DNA of 64,000 nt, taken from IMG/VR virus record IMGVR_UViG_3300046786_000502, positions 1-64,000 of that record, one strand, 5' to 3'. Below the pieces are notes generated by a model. The model ran no database searches, was not told the DNA's origin, and was given only the letters and a program-made list of their open reading frames with translations. The stretch comes from a virus. The position numbers and the translations under genes are program-made. This document shows, piece after piece, positions 28,693 through 39,633 of the stretch (position 1 is its first letter; each line of letters starts with the position of its first letter).

Positions 28693-31600
28693 ATGTTTGG
28701 AAATCAGACATTAGTAAATTACCTCCAGAAAGCTTCCTCTATTGACGTTAAGCCAATAATCCTTGCTGAATGGAATATGAATATTGCAGAAAACTTTGAT
28801 GCAATTGGTAACTACAGATATAGAAAAACATCAAACTCAATCTACTCAACTTTACCATCAACCTACGACAGGTATGACCAGGGCAACTACTATACAGGTG
28901 CAACACAATCAGATGTCACTCTAGACAACGGATATGACGATTCCAACCAGCCACAACAATTTACATCAGTAGATGAAAACATGAAAAATCTATTTTCTCT
29001 AGAGGAATGCTTTGGCAAGTATAGACCACGTTCAGGAATCAATAAAGCTAGATTAACAAAATTCTGGGGGTACTCATCTAAAGATGTTGCAAGTAGACCT
29101 AGGTACTATGTTGCAACAAGAAAAGACAAGTTTAAGTATTGGACATCGTATAGGTATGAGTCTGGACTAGCTAAGGGCATATCATATAGTCTGCCAGCAG
29201 GTGGCTACGGTATTGATGATGCCTGCCCATTTATCGTATACAAGGATTCTGTGCCAACCAACAGAATTGTTGTAAAGATGCAGACACACGTTGGTTCTAA
29301 AAACAACGGTCCATTCTACTCATCTACTGGTTCACAATTTTCTGACCCATTTTTTGGATATCAAAATTCACAAACTCCAGCAACATGGAGGATTCAATAT
29401 TTAGAAGATTCTGTATGGAAAGACGCTATATCATTTTCATCAACAGATGTTAGATCTGGAAATCGTCCAATCATTGGTCCAGATGGAAATGTAGAAATTG
29501 CATATGGCCTAAAAGTTCCAAATAACTTTAAAAATACATTCAATTTTAAAAGAATAATCAAGACAGTTGAAATGCTTCCTAACAATGATGTTGTTGGTTC
29601 AGCATACCTGTTTAAGCCAACAGAAACCTCTAAGGGTATTCTGTATATATTTAATGGGTCAGCTTTCATCGGATATGATGCACAGTACGAGTGGTCACTG
29701 CTAGACGGTGTAGTTGATTACAGGAATGTGGTTGACAAGTTGTCAAATCCAGACTACTTTATCAACACACTTACTGGACTTAGACAGTATGAAAAGTTTG
29801 TAAATATTTATGGTCTGAGAGTAGTTGTTGAAACAATGAACACTGATGGCTCATCATTTGACCTAATTGAAATGTCTCCAAGACTTGTTGCAGACATGAC
29901 AGATATGGTTACAGACTATAGCGTTACCAAATCGTTATCTGACTTGGGTGCATCTGGAATGCCAGTTGGACAATTGCTAGCAGGTACTGGTTCTGTAAAG
30001 CTCTTTGACTATAATCAAACATTTAACGAAAACAATCCAGCAAGCGTTATTAAAAACTTTATCAGACAAAACATAAAGTTCATGTTCTATGAGCAAATGT
30101 CAGATAACAATGGAAATCAGTATATGATTCCAATTAAAACTTTGTACTCATCTACACGACCAGCAATCTCTGGCGGTAACAGAGACGTATCTATCGAGCT
30201 AAGAGACCTAACACACCTAATGGAACAGACCTCATGTCCAGAGCTAATGATGGTAGATGTTAGCTTTAGTGTTGCTGTAACAACTTTGCTAGACTCAATT
30301 GGCTTTACAAACTATAAATTCTACAGAACATCTGGTGAAACAGAGATCACCATTCCATACTTTTATACAAATCCAGAATCATCTGTCCTACAAACATTGC
30401 AAGATCTAGCAATTTCTGCACAGGCAGCAATGTTCTTTAATGAAGAAAATGATTTTATCATCATGAGCAAAAACTACATGATGCCAACAACTGCCCAAAG
30501 ACCTACAGATTTTATTCTGAGTGGAGAAAAGACAGATGCAATTTCAGCAAATATTGAAAGCATTTCTACTCAAGACAGTAAAGTATTTAACAATGGATCT
30601 ATTAGTTATCAAGAAAAGTATATTCAGAGATCGTATGGTTCATTGAAGCAAGCAATGCTTTTGGATCGTAATAAGACCTGGATATATAAGCCAGTTCTTC
30701 TATGGGAAGCTGCTGGAGATCAAAACACAAAGACACAAACTGGTCAAATTAGTAATGCATCAAACTACACCCTATCTGCAGTACCACTAAACTCTGCTTT
30801 ATCTTCTCAACTTCCAGAGGTTGTTGGTGGACAAATCAGAAACAACACAATGGACTTGGGGGAAGGAGTCTATTTCCTATCTAGATATAATGGATATTTT
30901 TATGCAAACGGTGAAGTTATAAGATATGATGCAGTACAATACTCAATACCAAATGGCCCAGGAAATGTTTGGATCCAGAGTGCACAGGAATACTCTGACT
31001 ATTTTCAAGATGTAAAGTTTGCAAAGTCAATGTTCCCAACAGGACTAGTTAGAATCTATTGCGAGCCATTCTATGAAGAAGTAAATGGAGTAACAGTATT
31101 TAAGAACGGTCCAGTTAATAAGCATGGAAGAATGCAATTTAATACAGGCCAGCGTAATTCAGCTGGGGTATTAGAGCCAGTTACACATAATGCTGGACTT
31201 GCCCTAGAATGGTCAAGTCAGTCTGTAAATCCAACAAGAGGATGTAAGGTATCACTAAACACTACCCTTAACTTCGATCCTAAAAATGCAAAAACAGCTT
31301 CTGTTGCTGCACAAGTTGGAAATGCAGGAGTTGCAAACTCAACTGTATCAAGTGCACTAAGAGCTGGAATTATAAAGAACTCTATGGGTGGTACAGACAA
31401 GACTGATGCTCAAGTGGCTGCTTTGCAAAATACAGAAATTGGAACAGTTCAGTCATCAGCATTAGTAATGACTGGTCCAACATTCGCATCAGATATTATG
31501 GCTCAAGACTACATCTCTTATGTTCCCAAAACACTTTCTCAGGTATATGCTCACTACGGCACTAGATTGAGAATCATTGGCCAGTATGAAGATGGAAAGC

Positions 31601-32991
31601 AAAAGAAGCAGTCTCCAACAGGGTCTATGGGATACTACGATAATGGAAAAACTGGTGGAGCTTCAGCAGGTATCGCTGTCCTTTTGAATAAAGAAACCAA
31701 TAATGGATACTATTTTGAGTTATGTGCACTAACAAATGATAGTGTGACGAACACAACGACTGACCCAGATACTGGAGAAGTTACATCAACAAATGTTGTA
31801 TTTAATGATGTTATATTTTATAAGATTAAGTCTGATGGCAGTGGGAATGCTGTGCCAATTAAGCTATGGGGCGGTATTGCAAATATTCTTGTAGACACTG
31901 GAATGTTTGTCGGTCAGAGCAGGGTATATGGAGAAGACAATCCAACAATATACGACCTATCTGTAGAGCACGAAACACTTGGTAATGGATCAAAGCGTTT
32001 CTACCTTTACATCAATAATAGATCAGTTGCTGTGGTAGATGACGAGAATCCACTTCCAGAATATACATCTTTTGCACCTTTCATTAGAGGAACTAGCAAG
32101 GCGATGTTTGAAAATGTGTATGCACTCAAAAAGCGTACAATTGATGATTCAACTGCATCGCTTTCAACACCAGTACAGTCATCAATTTTTGGAATCAATA
32201 ATGTATCAGCTGATGATGCACTTAGAAAATATTCTCTTAGTGGTGCAATCCAGCAAACATACCTCTCTGACATAAGCAGTGGTTCAGGTGCAGGACATGA
32301 CATATACTTTGATGAATTTGGAACTATCATGCGTGAGGCTGCATATTTTAATATTAAATATGATAAGGCATGGCCAGCACTCAATGCTAAGATTGCACCA
32401 ACATTCACTAGACAAAAGGGGTACACAGTTTCTGGATTTACCCCAACCGCATATGGTGCAGACTTCATAGTCTTTAATAATACAGATACTGTAATCAGCT
32501 TGGACGAAACCACTGGTAACTATTTGAGAATTCAGGGTGTAACTTTTACTCAAAATTCAGATAGAAAGCTAACAGTTGACGACTTCTTTAGTCTTAACTC
32601 AGACCTATCTAACGTTGACCAGCTAAACAAAAATCCACTAAAGTCACCAGTAAAAGCTAGCAAAACGTCCTACTCAATCAAGGCAAGCAGAAAGTCATAT
32701 GGTAATTTGGAATTTTCAATTAATGCCAAATATATTCAAAATGCTGCTGCTGCAAATAGTCTGATGGAATGGATGATCAATAAGGTGATGAAGCCAAGAA
32801 AGTCTGTTGGTGTCAGTGTGTTTGGTGGTGGAGTATTACAGTTGGGTGATATCGTACAAATTTTCTGGACAGAAAATGATGTAGATCAGATCGTTGATAG
32901 AAACAAGAGATTCGTTGTTTATTCATGCGAGTACCAAAGAGGCGTAGATGGACCATCATCAATTATTTATCTTAGCGAGGTTACAGAATAA
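28693..32991 (+). CDS. Large minor tail / tail-tip hub protein
   Basis: 1432 aa after Dit; LQDLAISAQAAMFFNE and C-terminal LQLGDIV hub-like motifs. Confidence 0.7.
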   Translation: MFGNQTLVNYLQKASSIDVKPIILAEWNMNIAENFDAIGNYRYRKTSNSIYSTLPSTYDRYDQGNYYTGATQSDVTLDNGYDDSNQPQQFTSVDENMKNLFSLEECFGKYRPRSGINKARLTKFWGYSSKDVASRPRYYVATRKDKFKYWTSYRYESGLAKGISYSLPAGGYGIDDACPFIVYKDSVPTNRIVVKMQTHVGSKNNGPFYSSTGSQFSDPFFGYQNSQTPATWRIQYLEDSVWKDAISFSSTDVRSGNRPIIGPDGNVEIAYGLKVPNNFKNTFNFKRIIKTVEMLPNNDVVGSAYLFKPTETSKGILYIFNGSAFIGYDAQYEWSLLDGVVDYRNVVDKLSNPDYFINTLTGLRQYEKFVNIYGLRVVVETMNTDGSSFDLIEMSPRLVADMTDMVTDYSVTKSLSDLGASGMPVGQLLAGTGSVKLFDYNQTFNENNPASVIKNFIRQNIKFMFYEQMSDNNGNQYMIPIKTLYSSTRPAISGGNRDVSIELRDLTHLMEQTSCPELMMVDVSFSVAVTTLLDSIGFTNYKFYRTSGETEITIPYFYTNPESSVLQTLQDLAISAQAAMFFNEENDFIIMSKNYMMPTTAQRPTDFILSGEKTDAISANIESISTQDSKVFNNGSISYQEKYIQRSYGSLKQAMLLDRNKTWIYKPVLLWEAAGDQNTKTQTGQISNASNYTLSAVPLNSALSSQLPEVVGGQIRNNTMDLGEGVYFLSRYNGYFYANGEVIRYDAVQYSIPNGPGNVWIQSAQEYSDYFQDVKFAKSMFPTGLVRIYCEPFYEEVNGVTVFKNGPVNKHGRMQFNTGQRNSAGVLEPVTHNAGLALEWSSQSVNPTRGCKVSLNTTLNFDPKNAKTASVAAQVGNAGVANSTVSSALRAGIIKNSMGGTDKTDAQVAALQNTEIGTVQSSALVMTGPTFASDIMAQDYISYVPKTLSQVYAHYGTRLRIIGQYEDGKQKKQSPTGSMGYYDNGKTGGASAGIAVLLNKETNNGYYFELCALTNDSVTNTTTDPDTGEVTSTNVVFNDVIFYKIKSDGSGNAVPIKLWGGIANILVDTGMFVGQSRVYGEDNPTIYDLSVEHETLGNGSKRFYLYINNRSVAVVDDENPLPEYTSFAPFIRGTSKAMFENVYALKKRTIDDSTASLSTPVQSSIFGINNVSADDALRKYSLSGAIQQTYLSDISSGSGAGHDIYFDEFGTIMREAAYFNIKYDKAWPALNAKIAPTFTRQKGYTVSGFTPTAYGADFIVFNNTDTVISLDETTGNYLRIQGVTFTQNSDRKLTVDDFFSLNSDLSNVDQLNKNPLKSPVKASKTSYSIKASRKSYGNLEFSINAKYIQNAAAANSLMEWMINKVMKPRKSVGVSVFGGGVLQLGDIVQIFWTENDVDQIVDRNKRFVVYSCEYQRGVDGPSSIIYLSEVTE

Positions 32992-34097
32992 TGGCTAAAG
33001 CAGCTCCTAAATCAACACCTACTCCAAAGCCAACACCAGCTCCTAAACCAGCTCCTACTCCTAAGCCATCTCCAGCACCAGCCCCAAAGGCAGTTGCAGC
33101 TAAGGCACCTGTAGCTACAAAGGTTGTGGTACCAAAAGTTACACAGTCTGTTGCGTCACCATTTCTAGCTCCAACATTTAGACCAGTGGGCAACTTTTTA
33201 CCAAATAATATGTCTACCGTTATTCCTAAATCTTTAGCTAAGCCAAAGCCAACAGGTTCTAAGGGATCAAGCACACTGGATAATTATGTATATCAAAAGC
33301 AGATGGATTTGTCAAACGCTAAAAAAATTGCTGCTGATGCTGCAAAGAAAAATGCTGGACGAATTCCATCTACTTTGGAAAACTATGTTTATCAATCACA
33401 GGTTAATCTTTCAAATGCTAAAAAAGCAGCAAAGAATGTTAATGTTAAGCCTGCACCAAAGATTACCAAAGATAGAGTTGAAAGGATGCAGCCACCATCC
33501 AAGCCAAAACCAACTCCTAAAAAGACAACCACCAAAAAGACAACTACTAAAAAGACAACTACCAAAGCACCGATAATTCCACCACCAGTACTAGAAGTAC
33601 CAGAGATTGAAATTCCAGTAATTGAGGCAGTTCCATACACTCCTCCAGCTGCTGCTTCGGGATCTTCAAAACCAGACACAAAGCCTGCAACTCCAGACTT
33701 AATAATGATAACTGACGAGGCCTTCCCAGTAGAGCTTATCACAGACCTACTATTTGAAGACATTGGTGGAACTGAGATTTTGAATATAGCTAGGCATGAC
33801 CTAGTCGATGGTGCTGAGCTATCATATCAGCAAATATCTAATATGTCAAGGGTTACTACTGTTTCTGGTGGTGCAAACCTTCAATCACTTACTCAGACAT
33901 CAGAAGACGTATTCAGCCAATTCCCACTAAAAAGATACCAATATGTGCCAGCAGATACAGATGATCCAAGCGGTATGAATAGAAATGTTTACTTAAATAG
34001 TAATGGCGATTTGGTGGTAGAATTAACTGGAGTAGATAGCTCATATCAGCTAGAGGTATCTTTTCAGGTTGGTGCTGTTAGTGATATAATATACTAG
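32991..34097 (+). CDS. Tail-module protein with Pro/Lys/Ala-rich N-terminus
   Basis: PKPTPAPKPAP and KKTTT repeats, then a globular C-terminus (ATPDLI...LLFEDIGGTEILNIARHDLV). Confidence 0.65.
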   Translation: MAKAAPKSTPTPKPTPAPKPAPTPKPSPAPAPKAVAAKAPVATKVVVPKVTQSVASPFLAPTFRPVGNFLPNNMSTVIPKSLAKPKPTGSKGSSTLDNYVYQKQMDLSNAKKIAADAAKKNAGRIPSTLENYVYQSQVNLSNAKKAAKNVNVKPAPKITKDRVERMQPPSKPKPTPKKTTTKKTTTKKTTTKAPIIPPPVLEVPEIEIPVIEAVPYTPPAAASGSSKPDTKPATPDLIMITDEAFPVELITDLLFEDIGGTEILNIARHDLVDGAELSYQQISNMSRVTTVSGGANLQSLTQTSEDVFSQFPLKRYQYVPADTDDPSGMNRNVYLNSNGDLVVELTGVDSSYQLEVSFQVGAVSDIIY

Positions 34098-34106
34098 AGG
34101 AAAATT

Positions 34107-35513
34107 ATGCTTACAAATAAAGGACAAACGATTCTATCAAAATACTTGATAGGACAAACAAACTCATATGCTTCGCATATTGCTATTGGCTGTGGACAAA
34201 GACCATACTCAACTACGGACGATATCACATACGCCAACATTGCCGAACAAAGAGCAGCCAAGTCTTTAGAGTTTGAAATGCTCAGACTTCCAATTAAGTC
34301 TAGAGGATTCCTAACAGATGTCAACGCTACATCGCCAATCAATATGATAACCGTAAATGGAAGCAGCATTACATACGAGTATATCTCTGGTGGAACCCCA
34401 CAGTCACTACCATTTGAGGTGGGAGATAGAGTTAACGTAACTGGGGTTGCAGATACAAGATTTAATGTCGTGGATGCAATTATTGTCTCCAAAAGTAGCA
34501 CATCATTTACCATTAAGAAAAACACTGGATACTCAGGTCCACAGCTACCTTTACCAGGTACGGTGACATCTTACTATACTAGCATTGTTCTATCTGCTGA
34601 TCTTCCAACAGAAGAAAGATATGAGATAACAGAGATTGGTCTTTATCCAGCAGTATCCAACCCTGATGCAGGTTCTCAAGATAGCAAAAATATATTTGCA
34701 TTTTCTCAGTCTGAAAACTGGGTATATGAATCTACAACAGGTTCAGAATCAATTCCAGTAGTATATTCAAAGCTCGATGCAAGCAATGAAGCTGGAAATA
34801 TTGATGGCACTTATAATGGCAAAGACTGCTATGTGCTTCACACAAACTCAGACAATCATATTTTTAGCAACATCGCAAGAATTAATAGACACGAGACTTG
34901 CAGATTTTTAAATAACATTATTGCAGTTCGTGGAAATACATCTACAATTACATACAACACTGGGACAAAAGTTCTTACTAAGAATGCATCAAGCCCCCAC
35001 ATAAAGCTTAATGGCCTATCTCTTGGTTTTGACAAAAACTCACCATCCGATGAACTAAGACTAGCATTCTCAGTTTTGAGTAGACTTGGAACATCATCTA
35101 CACCACCTGCACGTGTTCTAATTTCTATGGACTTTGTTACATCAGACGGATATATTGGAACACTGGATTATGTTGCAGAGAATTCAGTAGATGATCCGAT
35201 GCTGAATTTTCAATCAAATAGATATATTGTTTTGAAAAAGTCATTGAGTGACTTGAAGAAAAATGATTCAAGATTTGCATGGAATAAGGTAAGCTCTGTA
35301 TCTGTATACGTAAACGTTATAAATCAAGCAGGAGAAAAGACAGAAGACTTCTATGTTGCCCTAGATGCACTAAGGCTTGAAAATGTTTCTTCTGATAGTG
35401 CCATATATGGACTTACTGGGTATGCTGTTGTAAAGACTGTTAATGGAGTTACAATTAAAAAGCTTGCCAACACAACCAACTCTATTGAGTTTAGATTTGG
35501 ATTTGATACATAA
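34107..35513 (+). CDS. Minor tail protein
   Basis: MLTNKG...YLIG...IAIGCG...EITEIGLY resembles baseplate/fibre-attachment N-termini; TGATATAAT at 34082-34090. Confidence 0.6.
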   Translation: MLTNKGQTILSKYLIGQTNSYASHIAIGCGQRPYSTTDDITYANIAEQRAAKSLEFEMLRLPIKSRGFLTDVNATSPINMITVNGSSITYEYISGGTPQSLPFEVGDRVNVTGVADTRFNVVDAIIVSKSSTSFTIKKNTGYSGPQLPLPGTVTSYYTSIVLSADLPTEERYEITEIGLYPAVSNPDAGSQDSKNIFAFSQSENWVYESTTGSESIPVVYSKLDASNEAGNIDGTYNGKDCYVLHTNSDNHIFSNIARINRHETCRFLNNIIAVRGNTSTITYNTGTKVLTKNASSPHIKLNGLSLGFDKNSPSDELRLAFSVLSRLGTSSTPPARVLISMDFVTSDGYIGTLDYVAENSVDDPMLNFQSNRYIVLKKSLSDLKKNDSRFAWNKVSSVSVYVNVINQAGEKTEDFYVALDALRLENVSSDSAIYGLTGYAVVKTVNGVTIKKLANTTNSIEFRFGFDT

Positions 35514-35938
35514 TGGCTAATAAAAAAATAGTTATCCCCAAGGGTCAACTCCCTAGTCCAACATCAGACAACTCATTCTTAATTAAATACAGACTTATTG
35601 CTGATAGAACTAAGGCATCTGATTGGTCTACTACAGAAGTAGTTAGAAATGTGTCAGTTGCATCGTCTGCGATTGTTCCATCCTACAGTTCTGCTACCAA
35701 GATTTTGTCTGTTGTTTGGCAACCATCAAACACAAACCTATATGATGTTTTTGTTAGATATGGATCAAGTGAAACATTTACTTATGCTGGATCGACAATG
35801 GCTACAAACTATTCAATTATTGTGCCAGAAGCCAATTGGTCATCTACGGCAGTCGTCAGGGTACAGTCAAATACTTCCTCTCACGAAATTTCCAATAGTT
35901 TGCTGGTAGCCTTGACATCTACCATTAATCTGGTATAA
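35513..35938 (+). CDS. Hypothetical Ig/Fn3-like structural protein
   Basis: Beta-rich, with a VVWQP...YDVFVRY...VRVQ pattern; end of the tail module. Confidence 0.5.
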   Translation: MANKKIVIPKGQLPSPTSDNSFLIKYRLIADRTKASDWSTTEVVRNVSVASSAIVPSYSSATKILSVVWQPSNTNLYDVFVRYGSSETFTYAGSTMATNYSIIVPEANWSSTAVVRVQSNTSSHEISNSLLVALTSTINLV

Positions 35939-35939
35939 T
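35912..35939 (+). promoter_or_regulatory. Sigma70-type promoter
   Basis: TTGACA-N16-TATAAT with extended TG. Confidence 0.65.
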
Positions 35940-35955
35940 CTTATAAGGAGAAAAC

Positions 35956-36402
35956 ATGGCAAATATACTAAGAACACCAAGTGCAGGTCAGCCAATTGAT
36001 GCAACCTATTTGCTAGAGATTGCTAAAGCTGTCAATGACCTATCAGACAGAATTGCTGCAACGTCTACCATGCAGTACTTGACAGTAGACACTAAGTCAG
36101 TAGGCAAGCAGTCAATCAAGACATCAGAGGCTAGAATCATTGGTGCATACACTGATGTATTCAGTGGCACTGTTACTGCTAACCAAGAAAAAGAATGGTC
36201 CATTGACTTTCCGCCAGACTTTAAGTATCCACCAATAATTACAGCAACCCCAGTAGCGATTACTGGTAGCTCTTCTGGAACTGGTGTTAGTGTTGTTATT
36301 AAGACTATTTCAAAAAGCAAGGTAACTGGTGTGGTCAGCTTTTCCACTGGTGGTAACTTCGCTATTGGTGTAAACGTCATTATTGTTGGAATTCCAAACT
36401 AA
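35956..36402 (+). CDS. Small tail-tip/fibre-like protein
   Basis: AAGGAG SD; the IDFPPDFKYPPIITAT...VIIVG C-terminus resembles fibre-tip beta domains. Confidence 0.55.
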   Translation: MANILRTPSAGQPIDATYLLEIAKAVNDLSDRIAATSTMQYLTVDTKSVGKQSIKTSEARIIGAYTDVFSGTVTANQEKEWSIDFPPDFKYPPIITATPVAITGSSSGTGVSVVIKTISKSKVTGVVSFSTGGNFAIGVNVIIVGIPN

Positions 36403-36403
36403 A

Positions 36404-36955
36404 ATGGATAAGCCCAAAAAGAGGTATGGGGCTTTAACAAGAGAAGAATACAACAATGCTCCTGTTATTCCTGGAAGTAAAAAAGTATTCTTTTTAAACG
36501 GAGATTTGGTTAGAGCACACCATCTAAATAGATCTGATGGTATTATGTCTGTTTATAATATTACAAAAGATCAGATAGAAAGTTGTTTAATTAGTGATTT
36601 TAAAACCAAAAGAGAAAGAGCATTTACTGTTGGCGAGACTGCTAGTTTAGTTAATCGTCATAAAAAGTATATGCCATCATTGGTTAGAAGAGGCATTGTT
36701 CCGCCTGCTATGGGGTCTCAGAAGGGCGGAGAGACTGGTTGGCAAGTCAGGTCTTACTATTCGGAGTCGCAAGTTTTTGCACTTCGTGATATACTGGCTT
36801 CATATCACATTGGGCAACCAAGAAAAGATAAGCTTGTAACGAATAACATTACACCAACACGCCAAGAGTTGACAAGGCGTATGGGAGATGGTATACTTAC
36901 ATATACAAAAACAGAAGATGGCAGATTCATTCCAGTCTGGTCTGAATCAATCTAG
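36404..36955 (+). CDS. Putative HTH (MerR-like) DNA-binding protein
   Basis: Start moved to ATG 36404; FTVGETASLVNRHKKYMPSLVRRGIVP...RSYYSESQV pattern. Confidence 0.6.
   Translation: MDKPKKRYGALTREEYNNAPVIPGSKKVFFLNGDLVRAHHLNRSDGIMSVYNITKDQIESCLISDFKTKRERAFTVGETASLVNRHKKYMPSLVRRGIVPPAMGSQKGGETGWQVRSYYSESQVFALRDILASYHIGQPRKDKLVTNNITPTRQELTRRMGDGILTYTKTEDGRFIPVWSESI
36869..36897 (+). promoter_or_regulatory. Consensus sigma70 promoter for replication genes
   Basis: TTGACA-N17-TATACT with extended TG. Confidence 0.8.
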
Positions 36956-36969
36956 TAAGGAAAACGGGT

Positions 36970-37173
36970 ATGGAAAACGAAAACACTAAAGTTGGTGTAA
37001 CTCTTGGTTACACTCTAAATCTGGGAAACTTCCAGTCGCTAAGGATTGACCTTAACGTTATTGATAACAAGCGTGAGAGCGAAACTATTAACGAGGCTTT
37101 TGATCGTGTCTACTCTTTTGTAGAGACGAAGCTTGCTGAAAAAGTTACAGAAGCAAAGTCTGAAGTCGAATAA
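36970..37173 (+). CDS. Hypothetical phage protein
   Basis: AAGGA SD; TLGYTLNLGNFQSLRID; coupled to the next gene. Confidence 0.7.
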   Translation: MENENTKVGVTLGYTLNLGNFQSLRIDLNVIDNKRESETINEAFDRVYSFVETKLAEKVTEAKSEVE

Positions 37174-37481
37174 TGGCTGAACGCAAAGACCGAATGGCTT
37201 TGCTCAGTCGTTACTCAAAATTGCACACACAGCGATTTGAGCAAAAGCCTACACTGAATCTGAATGTAGAGCAATGGGCTGCTGATGCACTCATTGAGTC
37301 GTACGGCATGTCAGCATGTTATGATTTACTAGAATATTATTTTTCTGTTGCACAAAACCCAACATGGAAATATTTTGCAAATTATGCACATGATATAATT
37401 GACAAACAAGAGCAACATAGAATAGACGCACAAGAAAGAAAACAACGAAGAGAAATGGCAAGGAAGTGGCTAAGTGAATAA
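37173..37481 (+). CDS. Hypothetical protein, possible helicase loader
   Basis: Overlaps the start of the helicase gene; function inferred from position only. Confidence 0.5.
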   Translation: MAERKDRMALLSRYSKLHTQRFEQKPTLNLNVEQWAADALIESYGMSACYDLLEYYFSVAQNPTWKYFANYAHDIIDKQEQHRIDAQERKQRREMARKWLSE

Positions 37482-38694
37482 TACAGAAGCAAAAGTAATA
37501 TCAGCCGTACTTGCAGATAAGCAGATGCATGTTCTTCTACAGGCAAACGTAGAAAATATTTTAAAGACACACAAAGACATCTGGAACTTTCTTCGTCTCT
37601 ACTTTGAGCAGAATGCTTCAGTCCCACCAGTATCTTTGGTTGTAGAAAAGTTCAGAGACTTCTCTCCAGTAGAAGGTGTTGGTGCAACAAAGCACCACCT
37701 AGAAGAATTGCAGTCAGAGTATATGACTGATAGCCTAAAGGATATTCTTCGTACTGCTGCAGCAGATGTGCAGGCAGACAAAGGCGTAGAGGCACTAGAA
37801 GCCATCATCTCCAAGACATCAGAGCTACGCAAGAATACAGCTGCTATCCGTGACATTGATGCAACAGACTTAGAGTCAGCAATCGCTTACTATGAAAACG
37901 TAAAGAAGCAAGCAGAGCTAGGTCTATCTGGAATCAAGACTGGTCTGCCAGGATTTGACAACTATCTTCCTGCTGGAATTATGCCAGGACAACTTGGAGT
38001 AATGCTTGCATACCCAGGTATTGGTAAGTCATGGCTATCCCTATATTTTGCGGTACAGGCATGGAAGCAGGGTAAGTCTCCAATGATCGTATCACTTGAA
38101 ATGAGTGAGACAGAAGTTCGTAACCGTGTATTCGCTATTATGGGAGATGGCCTATGGTCACACAGAAAGCTTTCGTCTGGACAGATTGAGATTGAAGACT
38201 TGAAGATGTGGCACAAAAAGGCACTTCAAGGTAAGCCAGAATTCCACATTATTTCTAATGACTCAGGTGGAGAAGTTACACCATCTGTTCTTCGTGGAAA
38301 GATTGATCAGTATAAACCAGACTTCGTTGTCGTTGACTACCTACAGTTGATGAGTCCAAACCAGAAGTCAGATAATGAAACCGTACGCATGAAGAACCTT
38401 TCTCGTGAACTAAAGCTGATGGCCATTGCTGAAGAGGTCCCAATCATTGCAATTTCATCTGCTACTCCTGATGATGTTACAAAGCTCGATACCGTTCCTA
38501 CTCTTGGTCAAACTGCTTGGTCTCGTCAGATTGCATACGATGCTGACTGGGTGCTTGCTCTTGGTCGTGGAACAAACTCTGATATTATTGAGTGCGTATT
38601 CCGCAAGAACCGTAATGGATTCATGGGTGAGTTTTTGGTACAGGCTGACTTTGATAAGGGATACTACAAGTACAAGGACTTTGAGGATAAGTAA
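37474..38694 (+). CDS. dnaB: DnaB-like replicative helicase
   Basis: Walker A AYPGIGKS, SLEM, VVDYLQLM, SRELKLMA, IAYDAD, KNRNG. Confidence 0.95.
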   Translation: MNNTEAKVISAVLADKQMHVLLQANVENILKTHKDIWNFLRLYFEQNASVPPVSLVVEKFRDFSPVEGVGATKHHLEELQSEYMTDSLKDILRTAAADVQADKGVEALEAIISKTSELRKNTAAIRDIDATDLESAIAYYENVKKQAELGLSGIKTGLPGFDNYLPAGIMPGQLGVMLAYPGIGKSWLSLYFAVQAWKQGKSPMIVSLEMSETEVRNRVFAIMGDGLWSHRKLSSGQIEIEDLKMWHKKALQGKPEFHIISNDSGGEVTPSVLRGKIDQYKPDFVVVDYLQLMSPNQKSDNETVRMKNLSRELKLMAIAEEVPIIAISSATPDDVTKLDTVPTLGQTAWSRQIAYDADWVLALGRGTNSDIIECVFRKNRNGFMGEFLVQADFDKGYYKYKDFEDK

Positions 38695-39605
38695 TGTACA
38701 CCACTGATCAGATTAAGAAGGTTTTAATTGGCTCTGGGCTAACCATCGAAAAAGAGGTTGACACAGACTACATTATTTTCTGTCCATTCCATGCTAACAA
38801 TAGAACTCCAGCAGGAGAAGTTGACAAGAATACAGGAAAGTTCTTCTGTTTTTCTTGTCACCATATTGCTGACTTGATAGAACTTGTTATGCACACTACT
38901 GGAAGAACCTACTTTGAATCTGCTCGTTTTATTAAGTCAAGAGAAGGTCTGTCATCAATCACCACAGACATTGAGAAAAAGCTGATTATGGTTCCAGATT
39001 ATACTCAATATGATCAGGTACTAATTAAGAGATTAAACATACAAGCTTTGGATTCACATAGAGCAATGCAGTATTTTGCAGGTCGCTCTATAACTGAATC
39101 TTCAGTAAGAAAGTTTATGCTTGGATTCTCAGAGAAGCAAGATATGGTAACGATTCCAGTTTCTGCACCAGATGGAATGGAAGTTGGATTCGTTGGTAGA
39201 TCTATCGAGGGCAAGGATTTTAAGAATACGCCTGGGCTTCCAAAATCAAAAGTTTTGTTTAACCTACACAGAGTAAAAACATCTAATAGGGTATATGTTG
39301 TCGAGTCATCATTTGATGCAATTCGTTTAGATCAAGTTGGTCTTCCTGCAGTTGCTACTCTTGGTGCTAATGTGTCAACTAAACAAATAGAACTTCTTCG
39401 CAAATACTTCAATTCAGTATTTGTAATTGCTGATAACGATGAGGCAGGTGGCAATATGAAAAATAAGATTGTTGAAAATCTTAAGTCTATGGTCACTGTA
39501 ATTAAGCTAGATAGCAAGTACAAAGACATTGGAGATATGAACGATGAAGACATAAAAAGGCTAGATATGTCATTTGACAAATCAATAATGGCCATGCTAC
39601 AATAA
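38694..39605 (+). CDS. dnaG: DNA primase
   Basis: CPFH...CFSC zinc finger; TOPRIM VVESSFD and ADNDEAG; KDIGD. Confidence 0.92.
   Translation: MYTTDQIKKVLIGSGLTIEKEVDTDYIIFCPFHANNRTPAGEVDKNTGKFFCFSCHHIADLIELVMHTTGRTYFESARFIKSREGLSSITTDIEKKLIMVPDYTQYDQVLIKRLNIQALDSHRAMQYFAGRSITESSVRKFMLGFSEKQDMVTIPVSAPDGMEVGFVGRSIEGKDFKNTPGLPKSKVLFNLHRVKTSNRVYVVESSFDAIRLDQVGLPAVATLGANVSTKQIELLRKYFNSVFVIADNDEAGGNMKNKIVENLKSMVTVIKLDSKYKDIGDMNDEDIKRLDMSFDKSIMAMLQ
39574..39603 (+). promoter_or_regulatory. Sigma70-type promoter for SSB gene
   Basis: TTGACA-N18-TACAAT with extended TG. Confidence 0.7.
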
Positions 39606-39633
39606 TACAACAAACAACAATAAGGAGAACACC

